A stretch of 46,394 bases of DNA, filler included, from Catajapyx aquilonaris (taxonomy: Eukaryota), in assembly GCA_000934665.2 (NCBI GenBank). It is 2 parts of 2 records of this genome, joined end to end, with 100 filler letters (N's around TTAATTAATTAA, not from the genome) between each part and the next. Parts side by side here need not be neighbours in the genome. Positions count along the whole stretch, not along the records: positions 23,246 to 46,394 come from JYFJ02005735.1; 1 more part is not named here. One strand, 5' to 3'. The position numbers and the translations under genes were made by a program. The notes under the pieces are model-generated. The model searched no databases. It saw nothing but the letters and a program-made list of their open reading frames with translations, and was not told the origin of the DNA. Positions 24,650 to 38,800 of this stretch are shown piece after piece (the stretch's first letter is position 1; each line of letters begins with the position of its first letter).

Positions 24650-26637
24650 CTGTAGTGGACCTCCAGCCTCCCCTTGGCTAAAAAATACTCATTAGTACTT
24701 GCTTGTATTGCTTTTGCCCTCACAAAAAACATCTTCCCTTTTTTGGCACACAGTTTGACATATGGCACATTTGAAAATGTCTGCAGCACAAGATTTCTTT
24801 TGCCAGAAAGGCACGGACCATTTACTGGATACATTTGAACTTTACCTTAGCTAGGCTTTGTCTAACACCAAGTATTATTTCACTGGCCTCAGCACTTATT
24901 ACCTCAAAAACCTTGGAATATGAAACTATTGTTATGAATGAATGACAATAAAGTAATAAGTCAAACATGCTCAGTTCTTTATTTACACAAAAGCATAACT
25001 TAAATAAATGATGACATACCGGTACCAACAATGGGTAAAGGTAACTGTGCACATCGACTCTAATCACCATCTTGGCTGAAATATAGGGTACTACAGCACA
25101 AATGTTACATAACAACATCTACAATAAACTCTTGTAATATCTCAGAAAATAAAATTAATTAAATCTGTGGATAACTAGACTTGATGACATATATTATACA
25201 TTTAACATTGGTATAAAGAAACATGCAAAAAAGCTTGCGTGCAACAATATATAGCCACAACCTGTGATTAAATTTGTGATGCAAGTAAAAATTGAGTGAC
25301 TGACAATGTCCCTCAAAATAAAGGAATTGCTTTGGTAAGGAAAACTCTTAGTTACAAAAATAAGCGCAGTGCTTGAAGAGTGTCATGCAGTTTAGCAAAG
25401 CTGTCATCAGTGATGGCATCACTAAATCTGACTCTTGTAATTAGTGATGTACACCTTGTCTTAATGAATGATGAAACTAGTGACGTAGAATTTGATCTAC
25501 ATGTCACTGGTGACTTGTAAATCCACTCACAGCCTAAATAATGACGGGAATTATCACTAAGTCCTCAACAGACTACAATATTCGTAATGCAACTCGATGA
25601 CACTTCAGTGACAGTATTAAAGACAAAACACTTATCCCTGAATGCCCGCTATTTTTAAGGCTGTCTTTCTTTTACTCTGGGTGCACAATATTGTCAGTTT
25701 CTGATGAATCACCTATTTTACTAAAAACTTTGCTACATTAGCCTTGTGAATTAAACTTGAAGAGAATCAAGCTCTCAAAAATTGGCACAGTAGTGTAAAA
25801 TAAATAACACAAAGGCAACAACAAAATACTGTCTTCCTCAAAGTACAGTGGAACATGTCCATTACATATTCTGAGTTCAATGGAAACATTTCTATGTGGT
25901 TCCTAGCAGAAATAATTTTTTGTTACATAATAAACTGTATTCGTACAATCCCTTCAGTGTAGAAGTCATTCTCTGGTTCACTCTGAAATATGAAATTTGA
26001 ACTCGAGAAATTATGCCTTTCCCTCAGTAAGTTTTGTCAGTAACAAATAAAAATTACTTCACTCTCACTGTTTGCAGGCAGTCAGGATACCATATCTATG
26101 AAAGGAAATCATGCTTTCAAAGTTGCCATGGCTAAGCAGACTTGGGAATTTCAGTTCAAGGTGACAGTGTCAAAAAAAAAAAAAAAACTTGGAGTGAGTG
26201 ATGCAAGAATATGAAATGGGCACTCAGAATTTGAGCTAAGCACAGACAATGCATGATGTTCTCAAATTAGTGCATTAAAATATGCAACTTCAACACAATG
26301 ACCACTCTCTACTAATAAACATACAGAGATGAGGTCAATGTAATATGGAAGAGCACCCTGAATGTTTTGTAACCATATAAAATGTAAATATTCTACCACA
26401 AAAAATTCCATTGAATTGTCCATGGACATGTTTCGCTGTACAAATCTGATTCTCAGAATCCATCAATAAATAGACTAGTGTCCCTCATACTAGGTGTACT
26501 CTGACAAAAGAAAATAACGCTCAAAATGACTTTCAAACAGTTTCAAAAATTACATTTAGAGGGTGACTCCATTATCAATCTCACACCCTCATTCCATATG
26601 CTCGATATCTGCACTCATTAAGGCAGACTCTGTTTCT

Positions 26638-29600
26638 TTATATTGGATCCCCATTACCATAATAATCTTGATATAGCTGCTTGTCCTCAGTAGCTTCTGA
26701 GGCAGTCCCATAAGATCTCTGTGGCTTGGAAGGGGGACTCTCAGAGACCACTTCTTCTGGCAACCTTGCATGGCTGCTGCCACTGTCATCTTGGAGAACG
26801 TTGGGAAGAAAAGTGCGATGAGGATCGGGATCTGAGCCATTGTTGCGTGATGACGATTCAATAATGGTTGCTGGGTGCTAGGGGGGGGAAAATCTCATGC
26901 AGTTGAAGAAGCCACTAAGCAATATCAACACAAGTTGGCTGGATGTGACATACAACCAGCTCTTATGGGTTGCACTAAGAAATTCTTATTCTTAATGGAC
27001 AGGGTGTTCCAAGTTTGTGGGTCGTTTTTAGTTATAGGAAATTTTGCTTGAAGCTGTCATTTTTTGTAGCTTGTTGTGCTCCGATCCAGGTGCCCTATTT
27101 TATAACAACTGCTAGATTCAACCACCTGGACGTAATTGGCCAACTGGATCGTTGTGCAAGGTACACAAAAATTACTTCGGGCAATATTAGTGATAACAAA
27201 AAACAACCCACGAACTTCTAACACCCTGTATATGATCTCTATTTGACCGGCAAAAGTACTGAGCCCAATTCTGCTTGCTGGCTCATTATGTATTATCTTA
27301 ATGCTACAGATGTTATGTGACTTGGTGGTACAAAAAACTCAAATTTCCAAAACTGGACTTACAAGTTAGTGTGTTCTCTTGTATGCCCACAAAATAATAC
27401 AGCAAGAAGTAACCTTTAACTGCATTACAATTAATGAACACTATGAAACTCTAAAAATCAAGAATCATCTATAATTTCCATATTCAGGGTGGTCGGTAAA
27501 TGGAGCACAAGCTTATAGCAAGATTCCTGATGAATAACCAGTGTATGAAAGTGAAGGTCCTAATGCTCCACAATGTATGGTTATCGCTCACGAGACCTCC
27601 GAAAGTTGGCGCCAAATTGTGATGTGACATCCGCCCGCAAAATTCAAATACTACCGTATCGCTACTGTATGTGGTGCGTTGCCAGGTGTTCCCATGCCGT
27701 GGTCCCCCACATTCTTGCCTGTTTTTAAGGTTCTGCTATAATATATAATATACCTAGAGAGAGCACTTGGGGTGAAATGTGAGGTAGGCAACAATATTAC
27801 CGGAGTAAAGATGACATTATTGGACTAATTGTTGTCCCAGTGTTGTCATTATTGGTTGTTGTCCCAGTTGATAGACAACTGTTAGAACAACAATATTACC
27901 TGAGTAAGTTGGTGGCTGCCTCAGCCTGGCTAATAGGAAAGGATAGGGAGTACTTCCTCTAGGTATATTATATATTATAGCAGAACTCCTTGGGTTCAAG
28001 AGTTTTGAGTGGGAATGTGGGGGACGATGGCACGGCAACACCTGGCAATGCACCACATACAGTAGCAATACGGTGGTGCTTGAATTTCGTGGGGGTACGT
28101 GATATCATGATTTGGCTCCAACTTTCGGAGGCCTCGTGAGCGATCACCACGCATCATAGAGCATTAGGATCTTCACTTCCATACACTGGTTTTACACAAG
28201 GAATCTCGCTACATGCAGCTTGTGTACCATTTACCAACCACCCTGTATAATTGAATCAAAATACTCGAAGGTTCTCAATGCTTTATGTGGCCCTTTTAAG
28301 TGGAAAAATAGAACATTAGTAACTCTCAAATGCAGATTCCAAAGTTGGACATCAAAGTAGAAACAAACTGAGTTGCACTTTTACATCTAATGTGTGTGGG
28401 AAAGACCTCACCAAAATTTATTGCAATTGGTGTGAAAATTGATCCTGGAGAAGATCCTTTGGATTTGTAATGGTAATTAATTTACCACTTATTTTGAAGT
28501 AAACCTTTTCAGGCTTATTGCATGTGGAGTATCAGTCACCAAATTTAGTTTTGATTCAGACTATTTTTACACCCTAATCTAGTAGGTTCTCAATAATTGG
28601 AGCTCGTCTGATCCACTGACTTACCCTGTAAGAGATGGGCGAGAATCCAGTGAACCAGTGCAGGAAGACCTGCGCAAGAAAGAAGAGAAAGGAGACAATG
28701 AAGGACACTAGGGAGAAAATAGTGATGTTTCCTAGGCCTCTGCGTAAGAACGAGAAGAACAGCAGGCAGAGCTGAAGCAGGATGATGCATGCAACCATGA
28801 AATTGATGGCTGTCCCATGAATTCTCTTGCTGATCTTGGATGGACCATAAGCAAATATTATGTTGTGGCGATCAACCATGTGCTTCAGTAGCATGTACAC
28901 GAGCCCAAAGGGGGTGATGAGGGGGCAAGAAATACTGTAGATCACTGTCATGGCAAATATCAGCAGCATCCAAGCATACTGGACCCCAAATGGGAACTCC
29001 CAAAGGATTGCCTTCCTCACACTGTCAGTCTCAGCATTAGACCTGCAAAAGATTTGAAGAACCTGGTAAGGGCCCAAATTGCAATATCTTCATGAAAAAA
29101 TAAGTATTTATACAATAATATTCCTTCCAGCAGCACTGAATATTGCAAAAATCAAGTTACTCTCCAATGCTAACAAGCGCAGTGGGCATGCAAAATCTGG
29201 CACACATGGAGTAAGCCACTTTGGAAGTCAGTCGTACATATTCAAGGATAAGTCTGATCTTAGTCTGATTGGTTGGATGAGGGAGCCAAAGCAACTAAGG
29301 CTACCTGGCATCTTAGTCTGATGGGACTTTCTTAAAATAAAAAGTAAAAATGTTTTGTTTTTGTTTTTGTGTTTTTAAAAAAATACCCGTGATGTCCCTT
29401 ACGGGATCTATATAGGGGGGTGGCACACCACCATCAGTTTTCTATATATTTTTCTACTTCATTCTTTGGTGCAAGGAAACAGGGACATTGGGAAAGGATA
29501 GGGATTTTTGGGGAGGGAACATGGGTGCAAGTGCAATGTCTACAAATGGGTCATGTGCTGTTCCCCAGGAGGTTAGGTTGCCAAACACCTCCTTGGTGCA

Positions 29601-32600
29601 GGTCAGAGACCCTCCTGACGCAGGTGAAAGGAAAGTTCCCCAGGCGGGGATCGAACCTGGGGCCTTTCACTCAGCAAGCCGAGACGTTACCATCTCGGCC
29701 ATCTACACCTCCCCTACATAAAAGTCCAAGTCAACGTCCGTAAATCTGTAGTCCAGCATGCACTAAATATCAAATGGCTTATTGCTTGTGATATGGCAGA
29801 ACCTTATGAAAAACCACGTAAACTCAAAGACATCCTACCAAAATTCTTGTTACATAAAGATCCATTGCCTGATTACGAATAAAAATCGGAATCCAGAGGC
29901 TTTGCCTTAGCTACTCGGGCAGTGCAATGAGGGAATAAAATATCAAACCGTCACACTTTACGCTAAAGAACTCAATAACATATACATGCATTACAATGGA
30001 TAAAGACTGATACCTGGCCAGGCAGAGACGTATTGCATACATAATTAGCTCCGGGAAGCGAATTAGCTCCAGGCCTGTTCCTATGAAGGCAGATGTAATG
30101 ACGTAGTTGACAAAGAAGGCTCCATTGTCAGGCAGAAAAACACACTCCCAGCGGTATTTCCCTGTACCACTCTTTGAGTGGACTACCCATTCCAAGAATG
30201 CCTTTGCACTAGATGAAAGAGATAAGAAAAATTAATCACATAATTGCTCTTTTTGTATAAAATTGTATGAAGGAATTCAAAATGCTGTGTAGCCTGAAGC
30301 AGCTTTGGAGCAGCTTCCAATTTGCACTCAATCTGTACTGCTGCCTTTTACTGTAACGTATCAATATTGTTCTGTACAGGTCAACTTGTTATCATATTGA
30401 CTTAAAATTAGTAAAGGACCTTATACCCTTGGGTGAAGTAAAAGTCGCAGACAATCACCAGGTAGACTGATAGTACTTGTAAAACTAATATAAGGATGTG
30501 CAAGTAGTTTTGGGAACCGTAGCGTAGTTAATGCGTATGGCGCCATCAAAGTTTCGTGACATCACATCCGCTCCACCAGTTTGAAAGAAGCAAAAGTCAG
30601 CTCAAGGGCCTCCGAATAATCCGGCCTTGGGTCCATAACACATCGTCCATGTGCAATAGGTGATCAAATCCCATCAGAGTAAGAATCCGTGTGTGGCACT
30701 CGTGCACTTCGTCGTTTTTACCTCATATTTTACCATCCGGTCCTCTACACTTCAAGGGTGCCTTACGCAGTAACTATGCAACGGTGCCAAAAACTACTTG
30801 CACATCCCTATATTAGTTGTGTGAGTACTATCAGTCTGCCTGGCGATTGTTCACGACTTTCCCTTCACCCTGTATAAGCATAATAGTATACTAATACACC
30901 CACAGAATATTATAGACCAGAACAGTGTAAGAGAAGGCAGATTAACACCACGGTGTGTCCCAATTGATGTGTTTGGTTCAGTCACTAATATTTTTTTACT
31001 AAGCTGAATATTTATAAAGGTGTGTTCCCAAGCTCATGAGAAATGGAGTTAACAAATGATTGAATGAATGCCATTGGTCCTATGAATAAAAAGATGACTC
31101 CACAGATGGGGTTTCAGAATTGGCTTCTTGTTCTGGCTCACTCTTTTACTAACAACCAAAGTAACTCTTCTTACCCTCCTGAATTGTGAAAATTTTTGTA
31201 TTTTCTAATTCTGCTTGGCCTATAGTGCTGAGAAAACATCACCTCCGCTGCTAATTTCCACGTTAGCAGGGTGAAAATACAGCCAAAAGGCGATGTTCCA
31301 AAGCCACAACATTTGCATCCGGTCGCGAGTCGCCAGCCAGTGCCAACGAGGGATAAATAGGGTACAGGCAGGCCGTAAAGGTCTGCCATCTTTGATGGTT
31401 TTGCCATGGCACTTCACGGCAAGAACACGTGCGAATTTGAATATTTTTGCCGCATGAGCTCCTTTAATGCACTTTTCTACGTATTAATTCCGTAAGTACG
31501 GCAAAAATATTCAAATTCGCGCGTGTTCTTGCCGTGAAGTGTCATGGCAAAACCATCAAAGATGGCAGACCTTTATGGCTATTTATCCCTCGTTGGCACT
31601 GGCTGGCGACTCACGACCGGATGCTTTGGAACATCGCCTTTTGGCTGTATTTTCACCCTGCTAACGTGGAAATTAGCAGCGGAGGTGATGTTTTCTCAGC
31701 ACTATAGGCCAAGCAGAATTAGACAATACAAAAATTTAATCAGGAATTTATTCAGCATCTGGATCAACTTCATTGAAATTTTTCAATGGGCAGTTGTAAA
31801 AAACACAAACTGTTGGACTTGACCTAAATGAGTTTAGAAAACTCAGAAAAAGACAAATATTGTAAGCAAAATCAATACTTCAACCATATTTGATAGGACT
31901 TATTTTTAACAATATTTCGCCCAACAATGAACTGTTGCAACAAGGGTGTAATCTCTATATCTATAAATAAGGAAGTTTGTCAGTTTGTTTGTCCCTTATA
32001 GAAATCCAGGGGAAGGCCCTTACACCGCCTTAAATTAGCATATCGGGGGTTACATTTTCCAAGGAATCTAACGCTGCATGTTTCAGCTTCCGAAAATGAA
32101 CCTAACTCCCACAACACGCATATTCCCGAATCTTCTCACTTCACGAGTCTCAACAATTAACTTACATAAACATCAAATAACAATATATCAATTCATATTC
32201 CCATGGAAATGCCCTTATGCAACAATACCTATAGGAAATTAAAGCATTGCCGTAAATTCAACGCATCCACCAATTGCGCTAATTGGCCACCTCACGTGAG
32301 TTCGTATCATATGGTCATTCCGGGATTTTGTGGGATTTGCAACTAGACTTCCAGACAAAAATAAGTACAATAAAATATCAGTAAAACTCCCATAAGTCGA
32401 ACTTCCCTAAGTCGAAGTTCTCTATAAGTCGAAGAAAATGATGAGCTTGGTTGGTCACAATGTAAAATAATAGGAAATAAACTTCCCTAACTCGAATTGC
32501 TATAACTCGAAGTTCTCCATACCCACCATGCATCTGTACCGAGATCTGTACGTACATTTCTAAATTTCTTCAGAGCAAACATATGGAACGAGGTGAGGGT

Positions 32601-35600
32601 GTGAAGTGGAGTTGGAGGGTCAAGGGGTCAAAAATGCAGGGGGAGAAAACACATGGCTGTGCAGTCTTTTCCTGGGCCAACTCCATCTGCATTCCTCTTT
32701 TTACACATCCAATCAGAATATCTGTGTCGACTACATACGCTATGAGACAAGCAGGTAATCTATCACAGAGAGTGACAAACTTTGGCTTATTGCAACTTAT
32801 AAGGCCTATTTTAAGACATATCGAGTTTTGAGTGCATGGAAGGGAAATTTTTACAAACAAACACACTTCCTAAAATACTGTATATGTACCCCTACCTTTA
32901 CCAGCACCCCAACATACCCGGGCAACGCCGGGTAACCTGCTAGTGACTACATAAATCTAGTGTACACTTGGCCACAAATCCATGTATAAATCCCATAAAT
33001 CCTTACTAAGCACTCACCTGGTGAGGCCAAGAGAGGGAAGAATGACAACCATAAAAAGAAGAAAGATAAAGGTCTTCTGCATGATGGAGTGGTTTTCAGC
33101 AGATCTGGTCCAATGGGACATCCACTGATCTGAGTAGGAGACTAAGACTGGCATCAGGGCAGCTACAGTCCACAGCAAGAGAGTCGGGGCTGACTCAGAC
33201 AGGAATGCATTCTAGTTGATTCAAAGAAGAAAAAATTCAGGCTTAGTGGACCTCTAAAATGCCTTCTCACTTCTGCACTGGACTATGCACTAAAAGCCTC
33301 AAAAGCCTGAAACCGAAAGGCCTGTTCTCAAAGCAGTTTTTTAAATGCACAATTATTATGGTGTGACAGCTCCCACTTGCTGCAGCTGTCACAGCTACCT
33401 CAAGTGATGCTGTTTCCAAAGTCAACTGTTTACAATAAGGGTTATTCTATGTAACATTATTGTTAAAATGATATTTTATTAGTCTACAATTACATGCACC
33501 CAAGCACGATGATGACGTACTTGACATTCCAAAGCCACAGCACAACTGCACAATACTCACCATCTTTTGCAATTCGTTGGAAAGGTTGAAGACATCTAGC
33601 GTGTTGATAATAATGGCTGGTGTAGTAAGGAAGAAGAGAACCAGAAACAGGAGTAGGTTGATGAAAAAAGCCTTCAGGTACCAGTGTTCAGTCCCAACTG
33701 AGAGGTTTGCCCTTCGAAAGTAAAAAAATGAAAACAATGTTAGAATTCCAATCATTACATGATAAGAGAAAAAAAAATTGCTTTATTCTTGCCTGCAGAA
33801 TACAGGGCAATGATATCGCCACAGGGTCTTTGTTAACAACCTTCTAAGCTCCCTCACCACACTTGAAACACGCAGTAGCAGTAATACAGAAAAATAGATA
33901 TGGTGGCAACATCATCATCTTGACATTTCCCTATGAAATGATTATTGAGTGATAAAAGAGCTTCAATTAATCAATGTTAAAAACATGACAGTAATGCCAT
34001 ATGTGGTGAGGGGGCAGTTGTATGCACATAAATTCGGGGAAATTTCCGATTTGGACTAGGAAATCACAATACATAATCTGAGATTTTCTTCTTCATTTCT
34101 TCTTAATATGCATTCAGGTAACTCACCCTATGTGGAAAAACTTAAAAGTGTTCCGGGGAGATATCTCACAAAAAGAATTGAAAACAGTACACACTATACT
34201 GCGTGAGTCTACTCTAATATAAGGGGTAAGATTCCACACTTCTATTTACAATGTCCCAGGTTTGACCCTGCATTATTATTTCTGTATTACAGCCAACTTT
34301 TTCTGTAGTTTTCAGTGATGAATTCCACATGAACAATAGAAACCCCCAAAAAAGCCATCCACACTTCCATCCCCCAATCATTAATCACGATCATCATAAT
34401 TGTCACCATCGTTACTTCTAGGTTTAAACTAATAAGCCTTTCCCACCACCCCCCCCCACCCTCTCCCCGCTCTCCTTTAAAAGTACAGTAAAACTTCTAT
34501 AAGTCGAACTTCCCTAAGTCAAAGTTCTCTATAAGTCGTAGAAAATGATGAGCTTGGTTGGTCACAATATAAAATAATAGGAAATAAACTTCCTTAACTC
34601 GAATTTTTATAACTCGAAGTTCTCCATAACTCGAAGTACTGGCAGGGCCTTGTGATGGGATATCAATGCATTTTCAGTCTCCCTAAGTCGAAGTTCATGT
34701 TGGCGAGGACAGAAAATTTTCTCATTTCCCAGCCAAAGGGTCGAGAGTAGGCCACATGTACAGAAAGGGTCAATTTCCTGATCTCCGTCTACCAGACGTA
34801 CCGAAAGAAGTGACTCGATTGTGACAATTGAATCCTTGAATCTAAGAGTAGGCAAATGTCCATAACGAAGATTTTTTTTTACAACAAAACAACGATGAAC
34901 ATTGTAAGTGTGACAGTGACAGTTATTTTAAAGTTTTGAACACCATTAGTCGCTGGATATAAAGGTAGGCTTCCTTAGAGAGTTATGTGCTTTAAAAGAA
35001 TCCAAACTTCTCTTAACTCGAATCTTCTATAACTCATAAGTTTTTCCCCGGTCCCATGGCAATTCGACTTATAGAAGTTTTACTGTATAAAGAAACTTTC
35101 AATTTGACATTGCTTTTGGGTTCCCATGTTATAAATGTCAGTGCATAAAAAGTAGAACAAGTTACCAGTAGATGTCTTCTGGGGCTGGTGCAAAGGAAAC
35201 GTTCCAATTATGAGGTTCCAAATCCCTACCCAGACTGGAAGTTGGAGGGTTGTTTGCACACTTGCAAGAAGGTCTGTGATCCTGGTACACACGGGAAGCC
35301 ATCTCCAAAGACTGGAACGTCACAAATGCTATGCCCAGAGGCTTTCTCAGAGATGTCACCTTCTCATTATCCACTTCATTTGCCAGTCTTGCTTCTTCCT
35401 CAGTGTAGTAACCAATGGCATCAACCTTAGGAAAATCATATGCATATATAGGGAATAGGGTGAAGAAAAACGCAATGGGGTAACTTGGTGGGTTGTTAGT
35501 AAGACATGAGAGCAGCAACTTTGGTATGGGGGACATAAGGCCAGAGGTCCTCTTTTGATACAGTCCCTCAAAATTGATTTTAGTGTGATAAACTCTCCCT

Positions 35601-35809
35601 TCATGCATTCCACAGGGGCTTATCTGCCCAGGGGATCATCTTCACACCTACCAACCCCATTGATGCCTCAAGTTGTAATGATACTTTATGAAAATTATAT
35701 TTCTGTATGGAATTTCCTCTCATTTGCTTCATACTAGCCATCCATTTTAGCAAATTTTAGGCCATATTGTCAATGTAAAGACTCGAAAGCCACTTTGTTC
35801 TAGATGTGA

Positions 35810-35843
<34 letters not shown>

Positions 35844-38800
35844 CATTATCATTACCCCAGAAGGGCTTTATACAGCCTTATGGGGGAGACAGTTCCAGTA
35901 GACACACAATCTTTAAACTGGGGTAGATATAATTTTACAATAGGAAGTTTATACGCTTGTTTACATTATTCAAAAAGTTTAGTAAGTTATAATAATTAAC
36001 ACCCGCTACGTTGGATAACATCAGCTGTAGATTTTGGCTTGGGGCTGGCGGCAAAGAATGCAGAAACAACAACCAAGGGGCCGAGAAAAACGGGCATTCG
36101 TAAATAATATGATAAAGAACAAAGGGTTAAGTTACAAAACGTACAGTCCTGATCTGCAGTGATCGCTACATAGTTTGGGCCAGTGTTTATATAAGTGGAG
36201 CCGTTTTTAATGTTTATTATAAGTCGAACGATAGAAAGCGGAAGGTTGATCGTCAAATATGTAGAAATGACAACTCTGCAATGGTCATTCCTCTGCAGGG
36301 TAAAAACCCTCAAACTGGGTTAATAAAAATACATAAAATATTTCAATGACTGTATTAGATGGAAAAAGAACATACTGTAGGGCAGCCAAACATGTCGCAG
36401 CAACAGCACACAAATCCGCATGCATATGGCCTCATATCCAGTCGAACTCCAGTGCTTTTCAGATAGTTCTCACAAAAATTCTTCGATTGAGTTGCTGTTT
36501 CCCTAAATGAAACGAAAATGAGGTATGACCCTTCTCAATCATTTACGGCTGGTTGCACATCTGTCAGGAAACCTTTTGCATGTCATAAAGTGTAAGTCAC
36601 AGTAACAATTGCACTGTCATCAGTAATAATAGGATTATGTTCCTGGTAATTTTCTAATCCAAAACAAGTTTCCTAACAGCAGTGCAACATGGACCTTGAA
36701 GAAAAAACATCCATAGCTAATACCTCTCACGATCCAGACTCATAAGTTTCTTGATGTCATATGCAAATTGGATGTCCTGTATTTCCACATCTGGATATGC
36801 TTCCCTGCAATTACCCATAGTTTAAAATCAATTCAATATGAATATATCAATGGCAAAATATTCACGAAGTTGAACCAGTAGTAATTTCCAAAAATCATTG
36901 CAACAAAATAATAAGTAAATCAAATTCTGAAGCATGTTACTCATTTACATGTAGCGGCATATAGGACAGATCAGCATGATACACTTCTTACCGAAATTCT
37001 GCTTATTCAGCTTTTTTCCAATAACTAGAAGAATTAGCTTACTTTTACTATTGAAAGTAACTGCTACCTTTCACACCTGAGTCTCCCAAGATGATAAAAT
37101 AGGGCATCCCTGAATGATAATTTTCGAACCTACTTCTACACATTAAATTCTCCCTACATAAAATTGTGATTGTTAAAAAAGCCCAAGGAGTCTCTGCAAT
37201 AACTGCATTAGATGGATGAAATTGTGCATCCCAAGCCTGTACTTTCACAATGCAGTACTAGATTAATGCTACTATTTCGTTTCATTATCTTCCCCACAAG
37301 TGGGCAGCATTGGATACAAAAAGCATAGCAGTAGTTTCAAATAACAAGTAACGTAATACTTTCTGCTTATTTGAAGGCAGCTAAATAAGTAAAATGTTTT
37401 CAGCAGTACTGGTATACATCTCTGTTGAATCACCCTGCATAGCCGGGTATCTTTACTAGACATTAGTCAGACTGACTTTCACTGAGCAAATTTTAATCAA
37501 ACTTACTCAAAATGCTTCATCATATAGTGCTTGTTACACATGCTCTTTGGTATCCTTGTGACCATCAGTGTTCGGGAAACACTGGCATCTTCCTGCTCAA
37601 ACTTCAACTTGACAGAAAATCGCCTCATGATGAATATACCCAAAGCCAGAAATAAAAGTGGCAGCGTGACATGAACCCACAGATACACAGAGCTGAAACA
37701 GAAGAGTGGATTAGAAATGCAACTCTTTATTGCCGAAGTGAAGACATTACTTTGGGTTGAGATTGCTAATGGTCGTGTGCCCAAAGAACTTGCTGTCACC
37801 TTCCAGTTCACCTTGAAAATTGATAGGCAGCACAACAGCCAAGGAAACCACAGTCACAATGGCTGTGTACACTATCACATGACGCTGAAAAGATAGGTAC
37901 TGGACAGCATCTCGTCCACTTCTGTTCAATATTTGCTCATCCCTGTCAGTGGAGATATAAGGAATCAAATTACTGATCACAAGTTAGGCAGAATTTATTC
38001 CAATTTAAAACATAATTATTGAAACTTCAAATAATTTTGCTACCACAACTGCTGGGAAAATGTTCGCCAGAATATTTTCTGAGCTTCTTCAAATATCACC
38101 AAATAAACTTTACACAAACCAGCCCTTCACCCTCTTTTGCAAATAATTACCACCCATGATCTCACCAATTCCTTTGCCTTGGAGAACAACCTGAACACCA
38201 GGGGGCTGTTTTTGGTCCCTCTCCAGGAAGATGGAGAGGAGAGGTGGAAGAGGGCGGGTCTTCCGGAATATCCCCCACATCCCCCCTTTCCACTATTAAA
38301 CCCAAAAACGGGCGGAATGGTGTAGCTACGGGAGAAGGCACTCAAAACAGTTGAGAAGAGCGCGAGGCGAGGACCCTGGGCCCAAGGAGGTTCAATTCTG
38401 CAACCAAATCCTTGGTGACGTTTAATTCTTAAACCTTCACCCGCTTCCCGCCCTCCCTTCGCTCCAGCCCCCTCTCCAGAAAGTCTCTTCCATCTCCGAG
38501 GAGAGAAGACACTTTTGGGGATTTTGTGGAGAGCTCCGCCCACTTTACCCCCCATTTCCCTCCTCTCCAACTTTTTGGAGAGGCACCAAAAACGCTCGTG
38601 TAGAGGCCACGCCCCCTCTCCATCTTCCTGGAGAGGGAGCAAAAACAGGCCCCAGCTCTCTCCAAGTTTTCCCACCCTGGGCAATGCAATGTTTCTTTCT
38701 CAAGTTTTCCTGGGATACACATCTCTGGATCACTACCCCAAATCCTGAGAGGGCATTCATGATTGACATCACTGCTGCTAGCTGTCACCCTTAACATCTA

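Noticed and set aside
26589..26861. 90-aa minus ORF in the track as the TMEM63 last exon
   Set aside because: Wrong frame. Phase-0 splicing at 26877 gives [29 protein letters not shown] ending at 26638.
31171..31822. Duplicated [13 protein letters not shown]s on opposite strands
   Set aside because: These are the two arms of a foldback element.
35426..35608. N-terminal extension of the 148-aa ORF
   Set aside because: Intronic read-through upstream of the acceptor at 35426-35427. No TMEM63 similarity.
36376..36420. Cys cluster [13 protein letters not shown] in TMEM63
   Set aside because: A Cys-rich cytosolic loop at this position is, as I recall, a usual TMEM63 feature and not novel.
38127..38797. 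Cluster of overlapping ORFs up to 185 aa
   Set aside because: Produced by a GC-rich MITE. No protein motif.
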